Part shown: positions 17,846-26,028 of the stretch, in pieces
Layout of the letters: each line of letters begins with the position of its first letter
Position numbering within the stretch: position 1 is the stretch's first letter
IMG/VR virus record: IMGVR_UViG_3300050331_000001
Span: 1 to 42,304 of that record
DNA length: 42,304 nucleotides
Reading direction: 5' to 3' (one strand)
Origin: a virus
Lineage: Duplodnaviria; Caudoviricetes
Made by a program: the position numbers and the translations under genes
The notes under the pieces: generated by a model
Seen by the model: the letters and a program-made list of their open reading frames with translations, nothing else
Database searches by the model: none
Told to the model about the DNA's origin: nothing

Positions 17846-18250
17846 TTACGCGCTCGCGGCCGACGTGACCTCGGACAGGAACGCTTCGCAGGTGACGGCC
17901 TGCCCGGTGTTGTCGGCAATGGCGACCTGTAGGTGCATCACGCCCGGAGGAACGTCGATCGACCATTGATTGACGCTCGCGCTCGTCGTGTCGCCTGCGA
18001 ACTGATAGAAGCGTTTCCAGTCGGCGCCCTCGGCCGCAGCGGTCGGGGTCGCGCCTGCGTTGTGTGCGACCGATACCGTCGCCGTCGGCGCAACAGTCGG
18101 GCCGGTCGCGCCGTTCGTGATCTTGATCGTCAGCAGCCCGCCCTGTGCGGTGCGCAGATCGAGCACTCCGCGCGTGGTCGCCCCGGATGCGTTACTCGTG
18201 CCCGCAGCTATCAGCGTGCGGGCGTTCTTCGTGAGCGTGATCGTGCTCAT
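17846..18250 (-). CDS. Beta-sandwich virion accessory protein
   Basis: 134-aa Thr/Ala/Gly-rich ORF with LTIKITNGATGPT, coupled within the module. Confidence 0.7.
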   Translation of the reverse strand: MSTITLTKNARTLIAAGTSNASGATTRGVLDLRTAQGGLLTIKITNGATGPTVAPTATVSVAHNAGATPTAAAEGADWKRFYQFAGDTTSASVNQWSIDVPPGVMHLQVAIADNTGQAVTCEAFLSEVTSAASA

Positions 18251-18678
18251 AGCGCGCGGCTCCCGTCATCCAGCCAGATCGCCCGGCGCACGTCCATCTC
18301 ACTCACTGGGTCTGGTTCCTGCCCGAGAGCCAGCAGCGCGTCGGCTTGTTCTTGTGTGATCGCGCCGGCCATCTGCCACGCGCCGAGCATCTGCTGATTG
18401 CCCGCGAGCGAGAAGTCGATCGACTCGGCAGCCCCACCGAGGAAGTCGCGGATCGTCAGCGCCGCCGAACGCAGAGGCGAGTTGACGTTCGCAGCGTGGT
18501 CCTCCACGACAGCACGCAGCCCGGTCGCCCCGCACCAGACTGCGAAGTCTGCTCGGCGCACGGGAGCGGAGCGCGTGCGCCCTGCGCTCATCGCCTCGGC
18601 GATCGCCTGCGAGTCGGGCAGCAGCGCCGTGAGCGCCGGGTCGGCGGCGATCAGGGCGCGGAGATCGGCGGGGGTCAT
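18247..18678 (-). CDS. Hypothetical helical protein of the fibre module
   Basis: MTPADLRALIAADP start overlaps the upstream stop; IDFS..GAITQEQADALLALG. Confidence 0.7.
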   Translation of the reverse strand: MTPADLRALIAADPALTALLPDSQAIAEAMSAGRTRSAPVRRADFAVWCGATGLRAVVEDHAANVNSPLRSAALTIRDFLGGAAESIDFSLAGNQQMLGAWQMAGAITQEQADALLALGQEPDPVSEMDVRRAIWLDDGSRAL

Positions 18679-19193
18679 CACTGGAACGTGACGGTCAGGG
18701 AACCTGCTTGAAACGAAGGCAACGCATCGCCCGCGTTGACCGTTTTCGATTGCGTGAGGTTCTGGCAGATCCACGCATTGCCGGCGGTCGACGCATCCCA
18801 CAGCCGGAACGACACCACCTGCCCCCAGCTCGTCGTCGTCGCCGAGCCGATCGTGATCGTGGCGTTGTTGCTCGTCTGCCCGCTGGTGCCCGAGCTCGCC
18901 GTCGTCGAGCCAGCGCTTTGCGTGCCGGCCCAGTTCGCCAGCGACGAAGTGACCGCAGCGCGCGCGTAACCGGTGCCACTCGTCGATACCTCGGTGCCGC
19001 CGTTCGCGTCGTTGCAGGCGACGGTGTCGAGGCCGACGTAGAAGGTCGCAGGTGCCCCGAGCGCCTGACCGCGGAAGACGGCGTCGACGATCTTGTTCTC
19101 GGCGTAGTCGGTGAGCGACTGCGCCTGCACACCCATCGGCAGCGAGGCGGCGAAAGCGAGCGCGAGGCTCGCGAGGAAGCGGAAGGGTTTCAT
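18678..19193 (-). CDS. Fibre-subunit-like protein with Sec signal peptide
   Basis: AAGGAG RBS, ATGA overlap with the portal stop, signal MKPFRFLASLALAFAASLPMGVQA, then TDYAENKI.D..FRG..GGTEVS..YAR motif. Confidence 0.8.
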   Translation of the reverse strand: MKPFRFLASLALAFAASLPMGVQAQSLTDYAENKIVDAVFRGQALGAPATFYVGLDTVACNDANGGTEVSTSGTGYARAAVTSSLANWAGTQSAGSTTASSGTSGQTSNNATITIGSATTTSWGQVVSFRLWDASTAGNAWICQNLTQSKTVNAGDALPSFQAGSLTVTFQ

Positions 19194-20704
19194 TCGAGAG
19201 GCTCCTTCGTTGAGTCGGAATCAGAATCGGCAGGTGTTGGCGCTGCCACGCCCTTCGGTGTCGCCGCGTCACTCGTGAAGACGAGCCCACGCTCGCTGGT
19301 GTCTCGGCGCCACTCCGCGATCTGCTCGAGCACATCGCGCGGATTCACGCCACGCTTGCGCATGACCTCGACCTCGGAGGCGAAGCCCGCGCGCACGAGC
19401 GTCTCCCATGCGTTGGCTTCCTTGATCGGGTCGATCCACGGCATCGACTGCCCGATGAACAGCGCATCGTCGGCGAGCTGGCGCGGAACGTCCGCCGGGA
19501 TGGGCACGACGCCTGAGAGGTCGGCGGCTTGCACGAACGACTCCCACACCGGCCGCACGAACATGCCGGTGAATTCGTCGGCGAGCGTCGCGTAGTGCAC
19601 CCACTGCTCGACCAACTCCTGGCGCTGTGCAGACCACGTACCGTTGTAGTCGCGCGCGAGCGAGGAATACGACGCGCCGACGCCGGCGGCGACCGCGCGC
19701 AGCTGGCCCTGCCGGAACGTGATGAGGTTCGGATTCGGCCGGTTCGTCTCGAGCATCCCGACGTCTTCGCCTGGGGCGAGGCCGTCGATGATCGTGCCCG
19801 CCTCGAGCCGCATCTCGCGCGGCAGCGGGTTGCCCGCCGAGTCACGCTCGATCGTGTCGCGATCCGGGTTGTACATGTCCGGGCCGCCCTTCTTGATGAC
19901 AGCCGTGATGCGCGCCGCGATCTTCGCGGCGACCCGCTCGGACTCCTCGTAGTCCTTGATGTCATCGAGCCGCAGCAGAACGCTCGCGAACTCCGACACC
20001 CCGCGCACCTGGTGGATGCGATCGACGGTCGCGATCTGCAGCACCCGCTCGGCCGGGATCCGCTTCAGGTCGCTCGCCGTCGGCACGCGCAGGCCCTCGG
20101 CGGGATCCGATCGGTACGCCCAGAACGCCCGAGCACGGCCCCACGCGTTGCGCTCTACCGCCTGTCGGATGCCCCTCGAGGCGTCGTTGAACTCGAGCGG
20201 GAACATGTCCGACTCGAACAGCTCGAGCGAGTACGGAACCTGCGTGCCGTGGTCCAGCGAAGGGATCGGGCCGATCAACTCCTGTGCGAATCCCTCACCG
20301 TCTCGGAACCACGCCCGCGCGATCATGCGCTGCGTCTTCGGCCAGGAGAACCGCCACGTCACTTCCGGGCAGCGCTGCCAGTCGAACCACGCCTGACGCA
20401 GCGCCTTGGCATACTCGGTGTCGATCGAACCGTCCTCGCGGCGCGGCTGCGGCTCGACGCCGATCCCCGACGGGCCGATGGTGTTGTTCACCAACACCCG
20501 GATCGCGCCGCGGGCCAGGTCGTGGTTCTGCTCGAGCCAGCGGATATGCGCCCGTAGCTTCGGGCCGTCGCGCTGGACGACCTCGTTGACCGACTCGGTG
20601 CGATGGCGCGAGCGACGATACCGCGACGTTTGCGCGGCTTCGTAGGAGGCGACAGGCTTGCGCGCCGCCTGCTTGCGCGCCGCCTGCTTGCGCTTGCCGG
20701 TCAA
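19190..20704 (-). CDS. Portal protein, lambda family
   Basis: YEAA, NNTIGPSGI, RDGEGF, QVRGVSEF and PWIDPIKE motifs; probable TTG start overlapping the gpW stop. Confidence 0.93.
   Translation of the reverse strand: MTGKRKQAARKQAARKPVASYEAAQTSRYRRSRHRTESVNEVVQRDGPKLRAHIRWLEQNHDLARGAIRVLVNNTIGPSGIGVEPQPRREDGSIDTEYAKALRQAWFDWQRCPEVTWRFSWPKTQRMIARAWFRDGEGFAQELIGPIPSLDHGTQVPYSLELFESDMFPLEFNDASRGIRQAVERNAWGRARAFWAYRSDPAEGLRVPTASDLKRIPAERVLQIATVDRIHQVRGVSEFASVLLRLDDIKDYEESERVAAKIAARITAVIKKGGPDMYNPDRDTIERDSAGNPLPREMRLEAGTIIDGLAPGEDVGMLETNRPNPNLITFRQGQLRAVAAGVGASYSSLARDYNGTWSAQRQELVEQWVHYATLADEFTGMFVRPVWESFVQAADLSGVVPIPADVPRQLADDALFIGQSMPWIDPIKEANAWETLVRAGFASEVEVMRKRGVNPRDVLEQIAEWRRDTSERGLVFTSDAATPKGVAAPTPADSDSDSTKEPLE
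20656..20693. repeat. 15-bp tandem repeat (2.5 copies) encoding RKQAA
   Basis: GCTTGCGCGCCGCCT x2 plus GCTTGCGC. Confidence 0.85.
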
Positions 20705-20916
20705 TCCATCCTCGCGACGGAGGTGCGCAGCGACGAGATGCCGGCGGCGACTGATTGCTCGGACGCGACGCGGCGCTCCCACTCCAGGCGACCGGCACGG
20801 ATCTCAGGCAGGTCCTCGCGCCGCAGCCGCCGATCACCGAACGAGACCTCTTTACCCTTCAGGAGGGCAAGTTCCGCCGCGAGGTAGGCGTCCCGCATTT
20901 CCGTCGCTATGCTCAT
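20701..20916 (-). CDS. Head-tail adaptor, gpW-like
   Basis: AYLAAELALLKGKEVSFGDRRL..EDL.EIR.GR..WERRV, directly upstream of the portal gene. Confidence 0.85.
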   Translation of the reverse strand: MSIATEMRDAYLAAELALLKGKEVSFGDRRLRREDLPEIRAGRLEWERRVASEQSVAAGISSLRTSVARMD

Positions 20917-20922
20917 GCAGCG

Positions 20923-20970
20923 AGCGTAGCGACGAGTGTGTGCAACTTTTAGGGGCGGCGCTGCACTATT
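20923..20970 (-). promoter_or_regulatory. Late promoter 1 (activator site plus -10 TACGCT)
   Basis: 33-bp motif shared with 15801..15833; -10 lies 6 nt before the ATG of gpW, with no SD. Confidence 0.7.
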
Positions 20971-21253
20971 GCCGGCGGCCAATGATGTTGTAGAAGGTGC
21001 GACGGCTGATCGCGAACGCTTTGCAGATCTCGTCCCGATTCGCCCCGGTGAACGCCTCACGCACCGCCCGATCCCGGACTACCCGCGGCAATCGCTTGGG
21101 GATGTACACCTCGTCGCCACCGAAGTGCTCCTGCAGGCCCTTCAGAATGTCCTCGGCGATCTGGCTGGCGTAGCGCTCGTTGTACCCGACGCGCTCCCGC
21201 AGGATGCGCGCGAGCGTGGACTGGATCGATCCGTCTTTGGTGGTCGTCGTCAT
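20966..21253 (-). CDS. Mor/C-family transcription activator
   Basis: FGGDEVYIPK, RDRAV...F.G.N and HTH ISRRTFYNII. Confidence 0.85.
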   Translation of the reverse strand: MTTTTKDGSIQSTLARILRERVGYNERYASQIAEDILKGLQEHFGGDEVYIPKRLPRVVRDRAVREAFTGANRDEICKAFAISRRTFYNIIGRRQ

Positions 21254-23229
21254 ACGCGAGCGTTCCAGTCGTCAGAGCCGTAGCTGCGGAGGCGAGGTTG
21301 CGGGGCGGGCCGCGCGGCAGCGACCGCGGGAGCTGTAGGCGCGGTCGGGATGCCGGGCGCTGGCGCGGTCAGCAGATCCGCCTGGCGCGGCGCGACCATC
21401 TGCTCGAGGCGGTCCCACTGCGCGGCCCGGTACTTGTGCAGATCGAGGACGTGCGCAGCCCACAGGCAGTAGACGAGCAGGTCCCACAGCTCGTTGCGCA
21501 CCGAGCTGTTGATCTTCACCCACCGCCAGACCTCGCCGTGCGCGGTGCGCTGGCGCACGCGCTGCTCTGCAGTGAGCTGCTCCCACGCATCGTCGGGCAG
21601 CGCCTTCGGCAGGTGCACATAGCCCGGGCCCGGCTGCGCGAGCTTGAAGCGCCCGGCGAGCAGATCCTTCGCGACATGCACGCCAACGAACCACAGCCGC
21701 ACGCCGTGCTTCAGGACCTTGCCGCGGATGTTCACGTCGAAGAGCTTCGCGCGGCCCTTGATCGGCGTCTTGACGTCGCGATCGCCCTTGATCGCGAAGA
21801 CGCGCTGGTGCTCGCGCGTGCGCGCGTAGGCGTAGACCTGGTGCGTGTGGTGCCCGCCGGAGTCGATCGCGCAGGCCTCGACGCGAAGCTGCTGCCCGCC
21901 CGCGTGCACTACCGTCCTCGCGCGAACCTCGTCAAGCCGCGCCCACACCTCATCCTGCCCCGGGTCGCCGTAGATCTTGTCGTAGTCGACGAGCCATGAC
22001 TCTTCGCCCCGCCCCCACGCGACGATCGCGTACTCGAGGCGGTCGCCCTGCACGTCCACCGACATCGTGAGCACGAGCCCGCCGGCGGGCACCTTCAGCA
22101 GGTCGTACCCTTCGGCGCGGTCCCTGATCCGCTCGTGGTCGAGCTTCTCGCCCGTGACCTTGTAGCTGCGCGCCCACCGGGTGTTCGCAAGCACCTGCAT
22201 GGCCTCGGTGTCGCCGGCGGCTTCCTTCGCCAGCGCGTGCGCCCGCTCGCGCGCGAGATCCAGCCACGACACCCAGCCGAGCGGCGCGTAGAGCGCGTTC
22301 AGCTCGAACCCTTCCGTCCTGCCGTCGCCGGCAGCCGTCGCCACCCACTCGCCGCCGGGGAGCATCGTCGCCTTCGCGCGCTCCTCAATCTCGGCGCCAC
22401 AGTGCCGGCAAACCATCCACGCGCGCGACAGCGCCTCGTCGCAGCGCAGGTACTCCGGCTCGAGCACCTGCAGCTCGTGGCAATGCGGGCATGGCACCTG
22501 GTACTGCCGGCAGGTGGATTGCGCCATCAGCGCGTCAATCGCGCTCTCCCCCTCAGTCGTCGGCGAGCTGGAGTAGTAGACCTTCGACGTCGCTGCGAAC
22601 GTGCTCGTGCGCTTCTCGGCCAGCGACGCCGGATCACCCTCGCCGTCCACGTCCGTCGGCCAGCGGTCGACCTCGTCGGCGTACACGAAGCGCGCCGGGA
22701 TCTCGGCGAGGTTCGCCGCCGACCCCGCGGTGACGATGTACATCGACCCGCCCGGGAACTCCTTCGTGTCGATCGTGTTGCGCGCGTCCCTGCTGCGCGC
22801 CGGCGCCACCTTCTCGCGCAGTCTGTCCACCGCCTCGATCGTCTTCGAGATCCGTGAGGACACGCGCTTGGTCAGCCGCTCCGTGGGCAGCAGCACGAGC
22901 ACGTTCGCGGGCGTCTGGTCGATGATCGAGCCGAGCCAGTTGAGCGCGACCTGCGTCTTGAGCAGCTGCGAGGCGGCACGGACAACGACGCGCCGGCACG
23001 GATGCTCGGCCGACAGGCACCGCATCACTTCGCCCGCGTAGGGCGTTCGGTCCAGCCGGTACGGCCCCGGTTCCGCAGCCCCGGTGTCCTTCGGGATGAC
23101 CATGTACCGCCCGGCCCACTCGTCGACGGTGAGTGCCTCGTCGGGCTGCGCGCCGTCCGCGCACGCTGCGAGCGCCGACGAGAAGCCGCAGGCGATCGCC
23201 AGATCCGCGAAGGCCTCGGAGGCGCCCAT
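21250..23229 (-). CDS. Terminase large subunit (gpA family)
   Basis: RTPY, deviant Walker A ASQLLKT, YADEVD, SSPT, VPCPHC, SVDVQ and IDSGG motifs. Confidence 0.95.
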   Translation of the reverse strand: MGASEAFADLAIACGFSSALAACADGAQPDEALTVDEWAGRYMVIPKDTGAAEPGPYRLDRTPYAGEVMRCLSAEHPCRRVVVRAASQLLKTQVALNWLGSIIDQTPANVLVLLPTERLTKRVSSRISKTIEAVDRLREKVAPARSRDARNTIDTKEFPGGSMYIVTAGSAANLAEIPARFVYADEVDRWPTDVDGEGDPASLAEKRTSTFAATSKVYYSSSPTTEGESAIDALMAQSTCRQYQVPCPHCHELQVLEPEYLRCDEALSRAWMVCRHCGAEIEERAKATMLPGGEWVATAAGDGRTEGFELNALYAPLGWVSWLDLARERAHALAKEAAGDTEAMQVLANTRWARSYKVTGEKLDHERIRDRAEGYDLLKVPAGGLVLTMSVDVQGDRLEYAIVAWGRGEESWLVDYDKIYGDPGQDEVWARLDEVRARTVVHAGGQQLRVEACAIDSGGHHTHQVYAYARTREHQRVFAIKGDRDVKTPIKGRAKLFDVNIRGKVLKHGVRLWFVGVHVAKDLLAGRFKLAQPGPGYVHLPKALPDDAWEQLTAEQRVRQRTAHGEVWRWVKINSSVRNELWDLLVYCLWAAHVLDLHKYRAAQWDRLEQMVAPRQADLLTAPAPGIPTAPTAPAVAAARPAPQPRLRSYGSDDWNARV

Positions 23230-23744
23230 CAGGCCGGCACCTCGACGCGCAGCATCCGGCAGAACGTCTCGAGCACAGCGCGGTGCTCGGCGGCGATCGT
23301 GCGCTCGATCGCGACGACGTCCGGCAGCCCGACGACGGCAGCCGCCAGGCGCGGGGAGGCGGCGGCGAGCTGGTCGCGCAGGATGCGGGCAGCGGTGAAA
23401 GAGGCGCGCTCGACGTCGGCGCGCGCGACGAGCTTGCCCGACGTCTCGGCGAGCTTCAGCTCCGCGAGCTTTGCCTCAGCGGCCTCGCGCCGGCTCTTGT
23501 GCACCCAGTAGTCCGAGCCCTCCCCACTCGGCGACGCCGCGTCGCCGCCTTGCTCGGCGTCCTTTGCATTCGTCCGCGCCGGCCGGCGCTGGCGGTTTTC
23601 ATCCCACTGCTTGCGCGCGTAGTCGAGGTCGTACATACCGCCCGGCAACTGCATCAAATGACCCGCGCGCCGCCTCTTCGCGACCGCCTGCCGGGAAACG
23701 CCGAGCTCGTCTGCGAGCTGCGACTCAGTGCCGATTCGAGCCAT
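23229..23744 (-). CDS. Terminase small subunit (Nu1-like)
   Basis: N-terminal wHTH LADELGVSRQAVAK; AKLAELKLAE..GKLV coiled coil. Confidence 0.88.
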   Translation of the reverse strand: MARIGTESQLADELGVSRQAVAKRRRAGHLMQLPGGMYDLDYARKQWDENRQRRPARTNAKDAEQGGDAASPSGEGSDYWVHKSRREAAEAKLAELKLAETSGKLVARADVERASFTAARILRDQLAAASPRLAAAVVGLPDVVAIERTIAAEHRAVLETFCRMLRVEVPA

Positions 23745-24318
23745 GCAACCTAAGCACCGATGTGCAACCGAACTGACAACCTATTCCGGGGGCAGCCACT
23801 AGCGCGATGACGGGCTTCGCATTACTCGCATCGCCCTCTTCGGCGGAGGACCCGAGACGCCTGCGGAGGGCACGCTCCCTCGACTTCCGACGCAGCGACG
23901 CCGCCAAGCAATCGTCGGAGCAGTACCGACGTTTGTGCGCGCCGCCAGACAGCCCGATCCGAACGTAGCTCCTGCTGCACTCACTGCAGACGCCGCGCTG
24001 CTCCTCTGGCTTTCGGTTCGCCGTGTTCTCGGCGACCGTCACTGCCCGCAGGTTCGCCCGCCGGTTGTCGAGCGAGTCGTGGTTGATGTGATCGACCGGC
24101 AATCCGCCCGTTTCGCCGATCACCACGCGATGCATGTACAGCGTCCCGTTCTTCCCTCCACGGCGGGTGTTCCGAACGGCGTAGCCGTGCCCGCCATCCT
24201 TCGGCGGCGTCGTCTTCCACTTCCACTGCGACAGGTACTCGAACACCTCGTCGTCGACGATCGCGTACTGCCGATCGCCCACAGCGTGCCTCCCGGTGAG
24301 CTTGATGAGCTTGCTCAC
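23725..24318 (-). CDS. HNH endonuclease with C-terminal Cys4 zinc finger
   Basis: AIVDDE, MHRVV, VDHINHDSLDNRRANL, CSEC..YCSDDC; GTGA overlap start. Confidence 0.85.
   Translation of the reverse strand: MSKLIKLTGRHAVGDRQYAIVDDEVFEYLSQWKWKTTPPKDGGHGYAVRNTRRGGKNGTLYMHRVVIGETGGLPVDHINHDSLDNRRANLRAVTVAENTANRKPEEQRGVCSECSRSYVRIGLSGGAHKRRYCSDDCLAASLRRKSRERALRRRLGSSAEEGDASNAKPVIALVAAPGIGCQFGCTSVLRLHGSNRH
23744..23853 (-). other. Putative cos region
   Basis: GGGTCCT (same as lambda cosQ) at 23847..23853 on the minus strand, followed by three GGTTG(C/T) repeats up to the terS start. Confidence 0.6.
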
Positions 24319-25055
24319 CGCGCCGTCCTCAGCGCCGCCTCGAGCGCCTGGTTGAACTCGCGTTGGGCATGCTGGCGCACGACCTTCTCGCCGAGCTTCC
24401 ACAGGTCGATGCGCTGCGCGTAGCTCGGCGACCTCACCGCGATGAGCAGAGGCTTGACCAAGTGCAGCCCGTGCCGCTGCCACACGCCACGCGGCAGGTG
24501 CGCGGTTCGGTCGCCGCCACGCGACCAGAAGATCTTCCCAGCGCGCTTCACGTTGCGCTTGCTGCGAGTGCTCGTGCTCGCGTGCGAGGCAGAGTCGAGC
24601 CCGGCCTTGAGCTGCGAGAGGATCTGCTGCACCTGCCCGCGGCTCATGTTCCCGTAGCGGTCGAGCTTGGCACCGGACCCCGGGGCGACGAACTCATCCC
24701 GCCCGAGATAGCCGGCACGCCGCAGCCACATCTCGAGCGCCTTGACCTGCCGCGCGCCGCCGGCGAACTGGTGCGCGAGAAGCTGCGCCGAGGACAGCCG
24801 GTTGCCGGCATAGGCCTGGTCCTTGATGCCTGTGATCGCCTCGAGGTTGCGCTTCGTTGCCGGGCGCAGGAACGTGGACCTGAGCGTCCACGGCGTCGGC
24901 CGGTCGAACTCGCGCTTCATCTCGTCGATCAGCTCGGTCTGCACGCGCTTGGCCGTCTTCGTCAACGCCACGGCAGTAGCGAACGGCACCTCTCGCTGCA
25001 CGGCCGCGAGATGACGCTGCACCGGTCCGAGGTCGAACTTCACCGTCATGCGCAT
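24315..25055 (-). CDS. Tail completion / gpZ-like basic protein
   Basis: VPFATAVALTKTA, FDRPTPWT and LDRYGNM motifs; usual position upstream of cos. Confidence 0.7.
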   Translation of the reverse strand: MRMTVKFDLGPVQRHLAAVQREVPFATAVALTKTAKRVQTELIDEMKREFDRPTPWTLRSTFLRPATKRNLEAITGIKDQAYAGNRLSSAQLLAHQFAGGARQVKALEMWLRRAGYLGRDEFVAPGSGAKLDRYGNMSRGQVQQILSQLKAGLDSASHASTSTRSKRNVKRAGKIFWSRGGDRTAHLPRGVWQRHGLHLVKPLLIAVRSPSYAQRIDLWKLGEKVVRQHAQREFNQALEAALRTAR

Positions 25056-25065
25056 GGCGTAGTCC

Positions 25066-25449
25066 TCACGGCTTCCCTCCCACCTTGCCCAGGCATTCAG
25101 CGAACGCCGTGCGCTCCCCCGACGTGTCGATCATGGCCGCCGCATAGCTCTCGGAGAGCTGGGCCCGGCCGTCGCTTGAAACGTCGGCGCTCACGAGCGT
25201 CGTCGCGTTGACCATCGATTCGACGCGGTGCATTCCGTCGGCGAGCCGGCGCTGCCGGGTATGGATGCTCGTGAGCGTGAGGTGCGACCGTTCGAACCCG
25301 TCGACGAGGCAATCCACGAACGTCGGGATGCGCGACGGGTTGATCTGCCCTTGCTGCAGCAGCTTGAACGCGCCCGGTTCATCGCGCGTCGGTGCGATGG
25401 TGCAGCCAGCCAGAGATACGACGGCAACAGCGAGAACGGATCGGAACAT
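25066..25449 (-). CDS. Lipoprotein (moron-like)
   Basis: GGAGG RBS, lipobox LAGC, two further Cys; TACACT upstream at 25480..25485. Confidence 0.75.
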   Translation of the reverse strand: MFRSVLAVAVVSLAGCTIAPTRDEPGAFKLLQQGQINPSRIPTFVDCLVDGFERSHLTLTSIHTRQRRLADGMHRVESMVNATTLVSADVSSDGRAQLSESYAAAMIDTSGERTAFAECLGKVGGKP

Positions 25450-25514
25450 CTCGACACCCTCCTGTGGTTGAGCACAGGGAGTGTACGGACGGGCCGATGC
25501 AGCACGAACGGTCG

Positions 25515-25730
25515 TCACTCGCACGGCTCAACCCTCCTCGTCTTCTCGAACGCCGTGCCGAGCTCGTGCGCACCCTCGCGCGCATGGAACCGGTTCGGCT
25601 CGCCGCGCAGGCCGGCGCGGATCGACTCGTCGATCGCGTCCGCCCCGAAGGCCGCACGCAGCTCGTCGATCCAGCCGGCGACGGTCGGCATCGCCTGGCG
25701 CATGTGCCCGGGCTTTCGCTCTTCGCTCAT
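25515..25730 (-). CDS. Hypothetical phage protein
   Basis: MRQAMPTVAGWIDELRAAFG..FHARE.G.E.GT, a type commonly found after primase origins. Confidence 0.7.
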   Translation of the reverse strand: MSEERKPGHMRQAMPTVAGWIDELRAAFGADAIDESIRAGLRGEPNRFHAREGAHELGTAFEKTRRVEPCE

Positions 25731-25740
25731 CCGCTTCCCC

Positions 25741-26018
25741 TTCCACACCTGTTCCATACCTTTGCCGAAGGTATGGAAGCCGGAAACCCGCGCCAGTGCT
25801 TGTTCTTCCATACCTTCCATACCTTCCATAGGGGAAAAGCACGCGCGCGCGCGGCGGCGCGTGCGCACGCACGCTCGCGCACACGCGCTCTCGCGCGCGC
25901 GCCGGCGCACGTCCGCGTAGAAAACAGGTATGGAAGGTATGGAAGGTATGGAACCCCCGCGCCAGTGCTTGCTCTCCGGGCTCCATACCTTTGCCGAGGG
26001 TATGGAACAGGTGTGGAA
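25741..26018. repeat. Probable replication origin with TTCCATACC iterons in dyad arrangement
   Basis: 20-bp perfect outer inverted repeat, two inner iteron triplets in opposite orientation, CG/CA-alternating core; directly after the primase-helicase gene. Confidence 0.8.
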
Positions 26019-26028
26019 CTTTTCGGGT

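Noticed and set aside
25741-26018. Repeat cluster as a CRISPR array or MITE
   Set aside because: Units are 9 bp, in both orientations, without unique spacers or cas/transposase genes; the position after the primase-helicase fits an origin
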